64,000 nt of DNA from Chara braunii (taxonomy: Eukaryota > Plantae > Charophyceae), in contig BFEA01000015.1 of assembly GCA_003427395.1 (NCBI GenBank), positions 558,267-622,266 on the forward strand. The letters are read 5' to 3'. This document shows positions 38,924 to 50,740 of the stretch, in pieces; position 1 is the first letter of the stretch, and each line of letters starts with the position of its first letter. Under the pieces are notes generated by a model. The model saw nothing but the letters and a program-made list of their open reading frames with translations. It had not been told where the DNA came from and did not search any database. A program made the position numbers and the translations under genes.

Positions 38924-40354
38924 GGATATGGTGGAACAGTGTCTTTTCCTCCCTCCTTTCTATGAAAATTTTGATTCCAACGTTGGCCAATTTTGTTGCG
39001 GCATTTTTCGGATTCCTGTGTGAATCTTCTCAGATCTCCTTATTGGAATGCATGTATGTATGTATGGGGTCGAACGATCTCGCATCCTTTCTCGCAATTT
39101 GTCTTCGCGTTTTCATTTCGTTTTGATCAGTAGACTAGCGTGGTTTCAACTTCATCGCTTTTTCGGCATTCGGCGTCGCAGCGCGGGTTTCGATCTACGA
39201 ATCTGAGTTCTCGCGGATCTGGTCAGTGCGCTCACTGCACGGGATTAGCCCAATCACTTGCAAGAAAATACAGGAATTGTTGGGAATGTATGTCTGTTCT
39301 TCGAATGTTTGATGACCCTTTCCTCCAATGCATAAGGGTATATAACCAGGGAGGGGTTGTTCTGGGAACGAGGTTGCATGCATAATCGGGCCAAACGCCC
39401 GTAGATTGCTCCGCCATTAGGACGCGCAGCCTAGGACTTAACTAACTAGCCAGTTCGTACGCGCGTGGAAGACAGTAATCCATCAACGGATTTGCCATCT
39501 ACACGCACACATGCAAAGGCTAGCTACGATCCCGCCACGTAGGAATGATGTGTGTAAGTGAGTCCCGTTGATACGGATATGGCGATCGAAACTCCTTTTT
39601 GGATCACCGACCTCGAAAGCCTGAGAGATCCCGAGTACAGGACATATTGGGAAAGGGAACAGATCCTACGACAACAAGTCCGACAGCAGCGGATCAGACG
39701 GCAACAAAACTTGTGGAACCTTGATTACCCCTGCCGAGCTGAACACGGGCGACTAAGTAGGGGCGATTTCCAGCTGGCAATCAACCGGGACTCCCAAATT
39801 CCTGAGTATCCCGATTGTAGATACCAGCAATACTTTATCACCCCAGGCTTCGTCGCTATCACGACTAACTTTCCCCCCCATTGCATCGTCCTCCCGTATC
39901 ACCGATTGCTAGTTACCCCCTGGGACTCCATATCCCGATTCAGGCCCCGGCCTCCGTGCCCCGAGTGCCAACAGCCCAACGAGCACGAACGGACGGAGGC
40001 CACGCATCAGACTCCTCCCCAGAGAGAACGTCGAGAACCCAGCCCGTCCTCCTCATCAGACTCTGACTCTAAGTTCTGCGTCAGACGACAGAGGTACGAG
40101 CATTCCCACAGCGACGCCCGCAACACCCCGTTCGTGCACCCGGCTCCTTCCCGGCCCCGGCCGTGGGAACGGTGCCCACCCCAACTCTGAGCTAGAGGAA
40201 CCACTTGCACTTCTACCCCTAAAAATTGACACAGGAGATTTCAGTTCCGACCTGGAACTCCACCCCCACTTTCCAAAAATCCTTGGCACACCCGTGTTCG
40301 CGCTTCCAGGCCCACTAACACTCCGAAAACAGGAAGTCGCGCTGGGCGTGAGGT
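37885..40354 (+). repeat. 5' long terminal repeat A1 (2470 bp)
   Basis: Near-identical to 45625-46806 except for a ~1.26-kb segment (~38669-39929) missing from the 3' copy. Confidence 0.92.
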
Positions 40355-40366
40355 TGGTATCGGCGC
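40355..40366 (+). promoter_or_regulatory. Primer-binding-site-like sequence (tRNA-iMet type)
   Basis: TGGTATCGGCGC vs canonical TGGTATCAGAGC (10/12), immediately after A1. Confidence 0.7.
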
Positions 40367-40521
40367 CGACACGTATTAAGACAAGGGATTGACAAGTTGC
40401 TTGGCTCTCTAGTTCAACCGATCTGGCGACCCCAAAATGGGGACGGTCTGCGCAGAGGAACGCGTCGACACGCGAACCTGTAGTGACAAGAAGCAGGTCT
40501 GCGGGCGGATCAGCAGACGAC

Positions 40522-43017
40522 ATGAATGCTAATCAGGCAAACGCCAATCAGGCCCCAGCCAATCAAGCACAAGGCGTGGCAGGGGGCGGCCTGGGGCTTG
40601 CGCCTCAGCCCGTGCCTCAGCCCGCACGTGCCCGCGCTCCAACAACCCCGCCAGATCTGTATTTACTCGATCCCACGCACCACCTGGCAGGAGCATGGCT
40701 TGCCACGCTCCGAGCGCAACAGTATGATAATGATGAAGCTGGGATTAACATCCCAGCCCGATTAGGAGGCGACGCCCATCACTGGTTCAGCACCTACGTG
40801 TGGACTGACCTTCCTACCTTTGAGAGGGACTTCTTACACTGATTTGACTACATACATCCAGAGGAAGCGTTCTTTATGATCAAAGACAGAGTGCAAAAGC
40901 CCCTTGAGTCTGTTGCAGAAGACCGTAGTCGGTTCTACCGATTGTTTGTAAAATCTCAGAGGGACGAAAAGGTAGGAAGAGAGTTCTTCATAGATGGACT
41001 TCGAAGTAGAGCTATACAGGCTAAGATACGGAAACAGTTCTCCCCCATCACCTTCACCTTGACGCAAATCATGGACGTAGCAGAAAAGATGGAGCGAAAG
41101 TTCGCTGCTAGCTTGAAGTTCCTCGAGGGAGAAAATCACACTAAAGAAGGTGACTCTACGAAACTAACTCGTGGAAGGATGGAACTAGCAGCCCTGCAAC
41201 ATAAGTTCGAAAATATGGGCTTCGTGTCAGGCCCTGTTACCTACCTGGAACAGGTGGCAGCCTTACAGCGCCCTCTCGATCAGGGAGCAGGACCATCGAT
41301 GCCCAAGGCGGCTGCACAGGCACCCGCCCCGACGGAGAAGACAGAAGAATCGAATGCGGTGCTGGACCTTACACGTATGTTGGTTAGCCTCATGCAAGAA
41401 AGCAAAAAGGAACAGCGCGAGCACAATGCCCACATGGAGTCGCTGATGCGTTTCATGCGTCCCATTAACGTTCGCGCTGACCCTTTTGTCACCCAAGCGC
41501 CTGCTCCCGTAGTCGCGGGAGCTGGCGGAGGACCGGCCCAGAGGACTGACACGTGTTATGCCTGCCATCAACCCAGACACATGGCCCGAGATTGCCCCCA
41601 GCGACAAGTAAGAATAGGGGCAGCCCCGGCAGCTGCAGCTCCCTTAGCTAACGGGCGTGGACGGGTAGGAACCATGGTAGAAAAAACGGACGTGGCAATA
41701 CCAAACATAGGGGTAATCGAGGAAGCCGTAGAGCTCATCCCACTGGATCAATTCCTCTCCTTGGGATATCCGGGGCTTGGGATGATAGGGGCAATTCGGC
41801 CCGCGGACGATGAGCACGAGATTTCCGAATGGCGACCATCCCCGGGGGAGATGGAATTCGGCAGTCCTGAGTTCGTCATCGGAACGATCGATGTTTTGGA
41901 CATTGTCCGAGCTCTAAACCACAGCATTCCGCTTCCGATCGGCCACCTGTTGTCCATATCAGAACATGCCAATGATCGCATGCTCCAGCATTGCAAGGCC
42001 AATCGAAAACGATTCGCACTCGCCAAGCTGGCAACGGCCAAGGGGAAGGCCCCCGTAAGGGAGACAAAACCAGATACACCTGGACCCTCAGAGCCTGTGC
42101 GCCTGGGACTTCTCCAAAAAAACGACCATTTTCTGGCATTTCTACGCATCAAAGCTATCCCGTGGAAGTCTGCGGAGTGCGACGTAGAGATCTGGGGAGT
42201 CCCATACAGTGCGATCCTTGATTCCGAGACAGCAGTGTTGGCAATATCCCTGCGAGTAGTGGAACGGGCAGGAAGAAGGAAGGATTTGATCCCACCCAAC
42301 GACGGAGACCGTTTGATCTCCGCCGATGAGGAGAAGATCACAGCTGTAGAAAAAATGACAAACGTCGCTTTTAAGTTGGGAAAAGTCCACGCCTTGGGTG
42401 ACGTGGTGGTTCTTAATGTGAACTCGTATGACGTACTCATCGGACTGCCTGTTTTAAACGCCCTGCAGGCTAATCTAGACTTTGAGCGGCGGGAGGTGGT
42501 TATTAAGAACACCGGGGGTAAGCCGTACGCAGTCCCCATGCGCGTCACCCTCCGCACGACTACCAACCCGCCACATAGATCTTACCCAGAGGTGGGCGGG
42601 CCGATTCGTACAGTCACCTGGGACGGACGCCTAGAGGACTCGGAGACTAGCAGCGAAGAACACGTGTCCCCGCTCCCCAAGTATTCGGAAAGCGAGGACG
42701 AGACAAACCCGGTGATTCAAGAGTTGATACGAAAGGTAACTCGTTACCCAGTCCGACAGAAAACGATGAAAACGTTCGTGCTAGCTGAAGAAAATGTCCA
42801 ACGAACTCGAGCTCTGATCATAGGAGAACCCCTGGTACAGGTGTCAAGGATGCCCGACTCTTCGGAACCCCCTCGGACCCTGTACGAGGGCGCTACTCCC
42901 TTGCTTCCCCGATACGTAGATAAGCAGTCCTTTTGCGACGTCATAGAACCCCCTCCCCGATCGCTTCTTACCGCAGACAAGGAGATACGATTGTTGCGTC
43001 AAGGAGCGGAAGTATAG
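40522..43017 (+). pseudogene. gag-protease (frameshift near 40840)
   Basis: Capsid-like region, zinc knuckle CYACHQPRHMARDC, aspartic protease AILDSETA..YDVLIG. Confidence 0.85.
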
Positions 43018-43086
43018 GCTCCGGAACCCCCTGGGTGCCCCGAAGCCTCGCTGTTTGATGTCGGGATAAGAATCGCTGAGAAATCG

Positions 43087-44784
43087 GTGGATCCCTGGGA
43101 TATCACGGACGGGATAACCACCGAAGAACACCTGGCCATCCGAGAGGAGGAAGCCCAGATTGTAGCCACCGTGTTCTCGTGGCGGTCGGACAACTCTTTC
43201 ATCTCTTCCCCGCCGCCCCGGGACTCTAAGGCAGTACGTACCAAACACGTTACAGTCGATATAGACGGACGACCTTACGAGTTGCACGTGCCAGAATACA
43301 TGCCCGACCGGACCCACCAACTTATTGCAGAGATCGTACAGGAATATCGGGGTGCTATTAGCATTGATGACGCGGACATCGGGTTATCCTTAATAATCCA
43401 ACACGAGATTCAGACCGGCAATCACCCGCCGATTCATTGCAAACCGTATCGATACTTATCGGCAGAACGAAAGGAGGCACTCGAGCGAATCCGGGAATTC
43501 GAGGCTAACGGTTGGATAGAGCCCGCTACAGGTCCTTGGTCCTTTCCGGTAGTTTGAGTTCCAGAAAAGAACGGATCGATTCGCATTTACATTGATTATT
43601 GGAAATTGAATGACATCACGATCAAGGATGTGTACCCCCTCCCTCGGATTGATGATTTGCTGGATGCGATTGGCTGTGCGAATTATTTTAGTAAATTTGA
43701 TATTCGGCACGGGTTCCACCATATCCTTGTGAGGGAAGAAGATCGAGCGAAGACGGCATTTGTCTTATTTGAGGGCACGTGGCAGTGGGTTCGATGCCCT
43801 ATGGGTATATGCAATGCGCCGGCGACTTTTCAGCAGGCAATGAATGTCACTTTCCATAACTTCGTAAACAAGACTAGGTTAACTCAGGGCATGATCAATT
43901 TTTGCGTTATCGTGTACATGGATGATATTCTGGTGTATTCTGAATCATTCCATGGACACGCGCAGCATATTGAATGGACACTTGGCGCGCTGCGGGACGC
44001 CGGTTTCAAGATTGCATTGGAGAAAAGCGAATTTTTCTTGTCCGAGATCTCGTTCCTGGGCTACGTGGTAACCCGAGGAGGCTTGAGACCGGATTCGAGG
44101 AAGGTCGAGGCTGTTCGAGAAGCACCCACGCCCACGTCATTGACGCAGGTTCGAGCCTTCCTGGGACTGGTCTCGTACTACCTACGGTTTATCAAGGGCT
44201 TTGCGGCAATCGCTCGGCCCCTGACAAATCTCCTGCGGAAGGATCAACCGCTGAACTGGGACACAGAGTGTGAGCAAGCCTTTTGCATGTTAAACGAGGC
44301 CCTGGCCTCGACCACTATTTTAATCTGGCCCGATCCCGAGCGCCAGTTCCTATTCATTACTGACTGGCAGTCGGACGCTATCTCCGCTATCCTAGCTCAG
44401 AAGGGGAAAGACGGGCAGGAGCACGTGGTCGAATATGCTTCGAGGACGGTGCCGGACGAAAGGAAGAACGACTCAGCGCCACAAGGAGAATGCTGCGTTG
44501 TCGTCTGGGGAATCCAACACTTCCACCCATATCTCTACGGGCAGAAGTTCCTCCTCGTAACTGATCACGAGCCATTGCTGACCCTCAAAAAGCTGACGAA
44601 CTACACTGGAATGATTGGGCGATGGGTGGTGAGGCTGCAGAAGTATGACTTCGACATCCTCCACCGAAAAACGGAAAGGCACGGGAACGCCGACGGATTG
44701 ACACGTCTGCACCGGCCTGGCAAGGTGCCACGCAACAAAGAGATCACTATCCGGAGCAGCCCAAGGGACCCGGGTACGACCTAG
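43087..44784 (+). pseudogene. Reverse transcriptase + RNase H (Ty3/gypsy type), in-frame stop at 43555
   Basis: PWSFPVV, YPLPRIDD, KFDIRHGFHH, PMGICNAPATFQ, YMDD, ITDWQ, TDHEPL, NADGLTR. Confidence 0.93.
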
Positions 44785-45624
44785 TGAAGGTTCTCCGTTG
44801 GCAGGCGAAGAAGTGACACGTGTACTTATGGCGGCCCAGAGAGAAGAAGACGCAGAGGGCCCTCTCTCTCCTTCTTCCTCTTCTCTATTCCCCCTCCCCT
44901 TCCCCCCGTCCCTCAGTTCGAGCTCGTAGCGATTCGGGACATCGGGCTACGTCCCCGTTCCCTATCCTGCCGTCCCCTTGATTACATCACCTTCCGGCAG
45001 ATCGATACTTCGCGCTCTTTCCCCTCCAATCCTTTTCCTTCTTCAACCTTCCACCAATTCTACGCCACACGCCTCGTCGCCGACGTATATCCGCACCCCG
45101 CCGCCCAATGTGTCTCTCCTTCCTTCTATCTCCACGTCCTTCTGTTTAGCGCCGTGTGGCAAGACCAGGACGCCATCGAAGTCTACTGCATCATCACGGG
45201 AACTATCCCCGTGTGTGCAGATCATGAGCAGTTCCGAGCGGCGATGTTTCGCACCTTCTCAACCCTCTATCCCGATTATCTTGGCTCCCTCCCTGAAGGC
45301 GGAAATCGCTTCCCCCGCATCCATCGCATCATCAGGTACTAGGAGCTCCCTGAAAAAGTGATGGGGATGGCGAATTTTTTGCTGCCTCTCCCAAATGATC
45401 CTCCCCCGCCCATCCCCGCCATCTTCCGACGTCCCCACCCTTGAAACGAGGGCGGTTCGAATGACGTGTCGAAAGGATGACGTCCACACTCTTATCCTAC
45501 GGTAACGACACGTATAATATGGGTGGGATTGTAATTCTTCTCCCTTTTTTTTTCTTCTTCGAGCTTGGGAGATGTGGGTGCAAGTGGGAGCGTGCACAAG
45601 ATGGAACCCCCTGGGCGTCACATT

Positions 45625-46817
45625 TGTGACGAACTACTTTCTGAAAGGCGCCATCTTCTGCGCAACCGGGATTGGGGGTACACAGAGGAATCGGGGATAA
45701 ATTGCATGGCGGCCCCTCCTTCTTGATTTTTCGAAGTTTTCTCCTTGGTCCTTCGGGAAGAGACGGTGGCGGTTATGGACCTTGGGACAATAGGCCCCCG
45801 CCTTAGTGAGCGCGGAGGGGGAACAACTTCTGCTATGGTCTTTTTCGCTTTTCTTTTCCTTTTCTTTTGTTTTCAAATAAGACGGGTAATTTCTTCGGGA
45901 GTTTTGAATTTAGAACGAGCCCATGCAGGCTTTCAGAATTTCTTTTCGTAATTAGGACTTTAATTAGAGTAGGAAATTGGGTACGTTGTAATTTTTGCCC
46001 GTAACTGCACATCGCCTCTTGCTTGCACGCACACTTTGTTGCACAGGGACCTGTGCTCTGTTCCCGCTGTGCCTAAATTCTAATCTCAATTGTAATCTCT
46101 TCTTGTTCCTTCCCCACTACGTAGGTGTAACTGTAATCTTCCCCGTTCTTGAAATTCCCTTCCCGCGTCACTGCATGCACACTCTACCTCCTATCTCATT
46201 GGTCGGATCGTTGCATGGTTGGAGCAAAGCGTTGAGTGAGGCTACGTCCCCCACGCCGCGGCCCAGTCATGCACTCGTAGGCACTTCCTTTCTCTATTCT
46301 TTCCTGTTCCTCTGGCAATCCCGACTATTGCGCGCTGATTAGCAAACTATAAATTCTGCAAGCGCGATTAATTTTCTCTCTATATCCCGATTCATGCCCC
46401 GGCCTCCATGCCCCGAGTGCCAGCAGCCCAACGAGCACGAACAGACGGAGGCCACGCGTCAGACTCCTCCCCGGAGAGAACGTCGAGAACCCAGCCCGTC
46501 CTCCTCATCAGACTCTGACTCTGAGTTCTGCGTCGGACGACAGAGGTACGAGCATTCCCACAGCGATGCCCGCAACACCCCGTTCGTGCACCTGGCTCTT
46601 TCCCGACCCTGGCCTTGGGAACGACGCCCACCCCAACTCTGAGCTAGAGGAACCACTTGCATTTCTACCCCTGAAACTTGACACAGGAGATTTCAGTTCC
46701 GACCTGGAACTCCACCCCCACTTTCCAAAAATCCTTGGCACACCCCTCTTCGCGCTTCCAGGCCCACTAACACTCCGAAAACAGGAAGTCGCGCTGGGCG
46801 TGAGGTTGGGCGTCACA
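45625..46817 (+). repeat. 3' long terminal repeat A2 plus terminal 11-mer B
   Basis: Copy of A1 with internal deletion, ending gtgaggt+tgggcgtcaca. Confidence 0.92.
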
Positions 46818-46821
46818 CCCT

Positions 46822-48030
46822 GACTTTGTAATTTGCCACAACGAAAAGTCGATCATTGAGTCTCGTGCTGCTTGCTTCCGTGACGAAGGTTTCGGACGAC
46901 TAGGTAAGTGGAATGGGGCTGGGAATCTGGGGCAGGCATACTCGATACCCAAGCATAAGGATATTGCCAAGTGACGCCCGATCTGTCCCACCCATTCAGA
47001 GTGCGGGGTTCGAGCGAGTAAGAGGGCGGCACAAGGCATCAATCAACTACTATGGGAGTTACCCCCGGCCATCAACTTTAATCTCAAAAGTATGGCCGAA
47101 CTGGCTTCCACAGTTGGGAGAGTTAACAAGGAGCTGCGGAAGGGTGAGTGTTTTTCAAGTGCAGCATGTGACATCAAAGAAATGTTCTGTAATTTACCAC
47201 ACGTCGCCATCATGCAAGCGGTCCGATGGGTTGTGGACTTCTGGGCGTTTCGGGGATGCAAGGGGGTTTTGGTCAAGCAGAGGGGGAAAGGGGCTAAACT
47301 GAGATTTGGGGGTGTACAGCTTGGCTGGAATTCAATTCCATTTGATGTCCTTGTTGATTTTGTCAAATTTGACCTTGACTGTACGTTCTTCAAAGCCTGT
47401 GGGAAAATGCTGCAACAGAAGGTCGGGATTCCAATGGGTAAATCGTCTAGTCCTGCTCTGGCATGCCTTCTGTGTGCCTATAACGAGTTTCATTTCCTTT
47501 CGTCTCTTGGATGTGACAAAAAATTAGTTTGTGGCATACGAATGGTAGATGATGTCTCTGTCTTTGTGCGATATAAGGATGGGGACCCAAATTCTCTGTC
47601 AACAACCCAGTCCATTTTGAACAGGTTTCGACACTGTTATGACTCTAATCTTGTGTTGGAACTTACGAGTGATAGTGATTGTTGGGACTTTCTGAGGTGT
47701 GTGTTGAAAGTCCTTGATTGGCCATGGGGCATTCAATGTGTCGCCCTACATAAGAATCGAAGGCATTTTGGTGAGGACAAGTTGTGTTTCCAAAATCTGC
47801 AGGATTTCAACTCTTACTCTTGCAGGGAGCAGAAAATGGCGGTGATCGGATCCTGCCTACATAGGGCTAAAGCGTACACCACGATGGCTGGCATGGAGGT
47901 GGCTTTTCTCTTAGTACCCTCAAGAATGAACTCAGAAAGAGAGGTTTTCCTGACGCCTATTTTGATAATGCTCTGCGGAATTTTTCAAGGAAATTCGGGG
48001 GCATTTGGGAGGAATGGGTCACTTATCTGA
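46822..48030 (+). pseudogene. PLE-B ORF2 C-terminal half: Penelope-type reverse transcriptase
   Basis: YSIPKHKD..RPI, DIKEMFCNL, QKVGIPMGKSSSPALA, RMVDDV, WDFL. Confidence 0.9.
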
Positions 48031-48279
48031 CAGGGTGGGGAGGTCTTTTCCGACCTTCAAGGGACCGGACTACGGTCCTTCCAACGTTGTTTGACGAGTA
48101 TCTGGGAAGATCAGGTGGTATACGTGACAGGCCAGGGTGGTCTTTTCAGTGGAGGCTTTGCCTCAGCCGGTTTCAAGACTGTGTTAGGGGTATTGGACTA
48201 ATGTTTTTGCCTGCGAGCAGACAGGCTGTTACAGTTCATTGGTAGTATTCTTCGAGATTTTGTTGAGGCATGTATGGGG

Positions 48280-48614
48280 CCATTTCGTCAAAATGGACAT
48301 CGTTTATTTTTTAAACGAAATTGAAACCGAGTTTTTTTGCCCAAAACTCGTCAAAACTTGTTGTTCCTGCGGGTCTGGCGTTTGTAAAACGCTGGACCCC
48401 TGGCTGTACATGGACCTAGCTTGAGACCAGGTACCTCCAGGAAGTCCTGCCTGGAGGTGCCTGGTCTCAAGCTAGGTCCATGTACAGCCAGGGAGTCCAG
48501 CATTTGTAAAACGCTGGACCCTCAGGAACAGCAAAATTTTTGACGAGTTTTCGGCCAAAAAACTCCGTTTCAATTTCGTTCAAAAAATAAAAAATGTCCA
48601 TTTTGACGAAATGG
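48280..48614. mobile_element. Foldback MITE (near-perfect ~335-bp palindrome)
   Basis: ccatttcgtcaaaatggacat ... atgtccattttgacgaaatgg, arms pair up to a centre at ~48445. Confidence 0.85.
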
Positions 48615-49254
48615 TGTACTTGGGTCTGTGGGACTGTTTCTATTTTGTTTTAGTTTCTTCGTAATGTTTTTTTCGATCAATTTTTTTTTTCTGAAACGCA
48701 TTGGGGTACAGGTGGCTATCAGAGTCCGCGTCAATTTGGGACATTCGCATACCTTTCCCAGGGTTGTAGACAGGTGGCGAGCGGAGTAAGCGGTACCCTG
48801 TCTTCTTCTGTTCTCGGCCGCTAATTGGTGTCATGATTCTCTCGTCTAAATCCGGGTCTATCTCTGGGTTAGCTTCGTGTACCTTTGCTTGGGTAAGAAG
48901 GGCCGTGAAACTTCGAGATTTTAGGACGGGAAGTTGGCTGCGGCATCTCCAATCTGTACTTGGGCTCTTTGTTTTAGTCTGTGCATGTTTTCTGTTGGTT
49001 CTGGCCTTAGCTCTTTGTCCGCTGGCGGTGAATTGAATTTTCTTCTTGGTAACGTCGATAGTCTCACGGTAGTACTTAAGCTGTTCTCATCTATTCGTTC
49101 GGTCCCTATTCGAACCAATAGGCCGAACGAATAGATGAGAACAGCTTAAGTACTACCGTGAGACTATCGACGTTACCAAGAAGAAAATTCAATTCACCGC
49201 CAGCGGACAAAGAGCTAAGGCCAGAACCAACAGAAAACATGCACAGACTAATCA

Positions 49255-49304
49255 GACCCCTGAGGAGTTCCAGTTGGCGGCCGGACGAAACGCAGCGTCG
49301 GGTC
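49255..49304 (+). ncRNA. Type I hammerhead ribozyme in the 3' pseudo-LTR
   Basis: GACCC-CUGAGGA-G(U)UCCAGU..GCCGGAC-GAAAC-GCAGC-GUC-GGGUC. Confidence 0.85.
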
Positions 49305-49571
49305 GCTGTGCCATACTACACAATGCTTACTCTTCGATGTTGTGCCGGTGCTTTATGATCAATTTTTCGGCCTATTGGTCGCGTTTTGGGATTTCGGGAC
49401 TATGTGCGTTCCCCCCTTTCTTCTTTTTCTCTGTCTTCCTTTCTTTCTTCTCTCCTTTGTCTTATCTTCTCTCTCATCTTTCTTCTCTTCTCTCTTCTCC
49501 CTCATTCTGTCTTCTTCTCCTTTTGCTTACGTGATGCATTTTTGTTGTTGCTGTGGACTTTGTCCTTATCG

Positions 49572-50740
49572 AACCTAATGTAGCTCATCAAAATCTCAAA
49601 ACTCACAAATCTTTTTTTGCCCCTTTTCCTCTCCTTCGCACGTGCACTCCCGTGATTCCTTTCCTTCCATACCACCACATACACCAGTCGACGGTCCGCA
49701 CGATCGAATCCTGTGGCAACTTCCTGAACATATCTTTTATGTCATAGGAAGCCGTTAACACCCTCGCATTCCTACAAGCTCCCTCCATCTTCCTGTTGAT
49801 CTTCCTCAAATGCTCCTTCATCTGACCTACCGGTAGGCCAAACAGCGTACCATTCAAGCTCCGTGCTACGACCTTACTATCCCTATTGCTTGGCTCACAG
49901 TCAGTCGGGCATATGGGTCGGTACTTACTCGTGTCTATATGTTTCGGCAACGTGTACGCCCGTCCCATCTTCCCATCCTTCCGCCGCTTACCCATTGCAA
50001 TGCCTGAAAACGACCTTTATTAGATGATGATTCCCTTGTTTCCTTCAGCAGGTCCACTTCACCATCGCTGCAATGTACGTACCCCTTATTCTCAACAAAG
50101 GTTGACTTCATCCCTCTCCCATAGGTCTCCGGACACATTACCAGTGTCTCACCCGGATTCTTGTCCAATGGGCAGAGCACCAGTCCCTTCAATTCTTCCT
50201 TCATCCTACGGATCTCATCCACTTCAGATTTAACTCCCGCCCGCATCTCACTCAAGCAGCCCATAATCTCAGCCTGACTTATCTTGATCTGACCGATGTC
50301 ACTACCTAACCAATTCACACTGTTTATCGATTCCGTTAGTTCGTTCACCAGCCTTGATTGTTCGCCTTCGTCAACTTCAATCGGCACATTCTTCGCGTTC
50401 CTTGAGATGTTCAGACTTTACCTCCATTCGCTGAGTCGGAAATGTACGTGCCCATTCACCATTGGAAGGGCTCTACCGGTGCATGTGCACTGGGTGATGC
50501 CATCAGCTGCATATCGCCGATGGTTATGAATAATCTCCCCGTCGTTTGGACTTCTCGTCCAAACAACTCGGGTGCATCTTCGCACCATTTCCTTCGTTGT
50601 GACTTTGAGTCTCAGCTCCCCCACCTTTTTTACCAGTCTACGAACTTCCCCTTTCTTAATTTGTTCATTGAAGCGGACCCATACAACTATTTGTCTCCTG
50701 ACATTTACGCCATACCGTACCTTACGGTTATAATAATTTG
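49572..50740 (-). mobile_element. Penelope-like element A, upstream ORF2 part (5'-truncated)
   Basis: PLDKNPG, AYTLPKH..KYRPIC, YDIKDMF, ending ..MSYIRFD, which joins DLEHCY at 33945. Confidence 0.85.

Larger units (their letters stand above)
37885..46817 (+). mobile_element. Ty3/gypsy-related retroelement without integrase, with permuted long terminal repeats
   Basis: Termini TGTGACG...CGTCACA, 4-bp TSD ccct (37881-37884, 46818-46821). Removing it restores the PLE frame ..FLKNPDFVICHNEK.. Confidence 0.9.
33957..49571 (+). mobile_element. Penelope-like element B, apparently full length with two pseudo-LTRs and nested insertions
   Basis: Direct repeats ~34003-34511 and ~48882-49570, 9-bp TSD aacctaatg (33948-33956, 49572-49580), ORF1, GIY-YIG and RT in order. 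Confidence 0.88.

Noticed and set aside
37885-46817. DIRS/Ngaro tyrosine-recombinase retrotransposon
   Set aside because: It has a protease, PBS, Ty3/gypsy-type RT, TG..CA ends and a TSD, and no recombinase R-H-R-H-Y motifs are visible.
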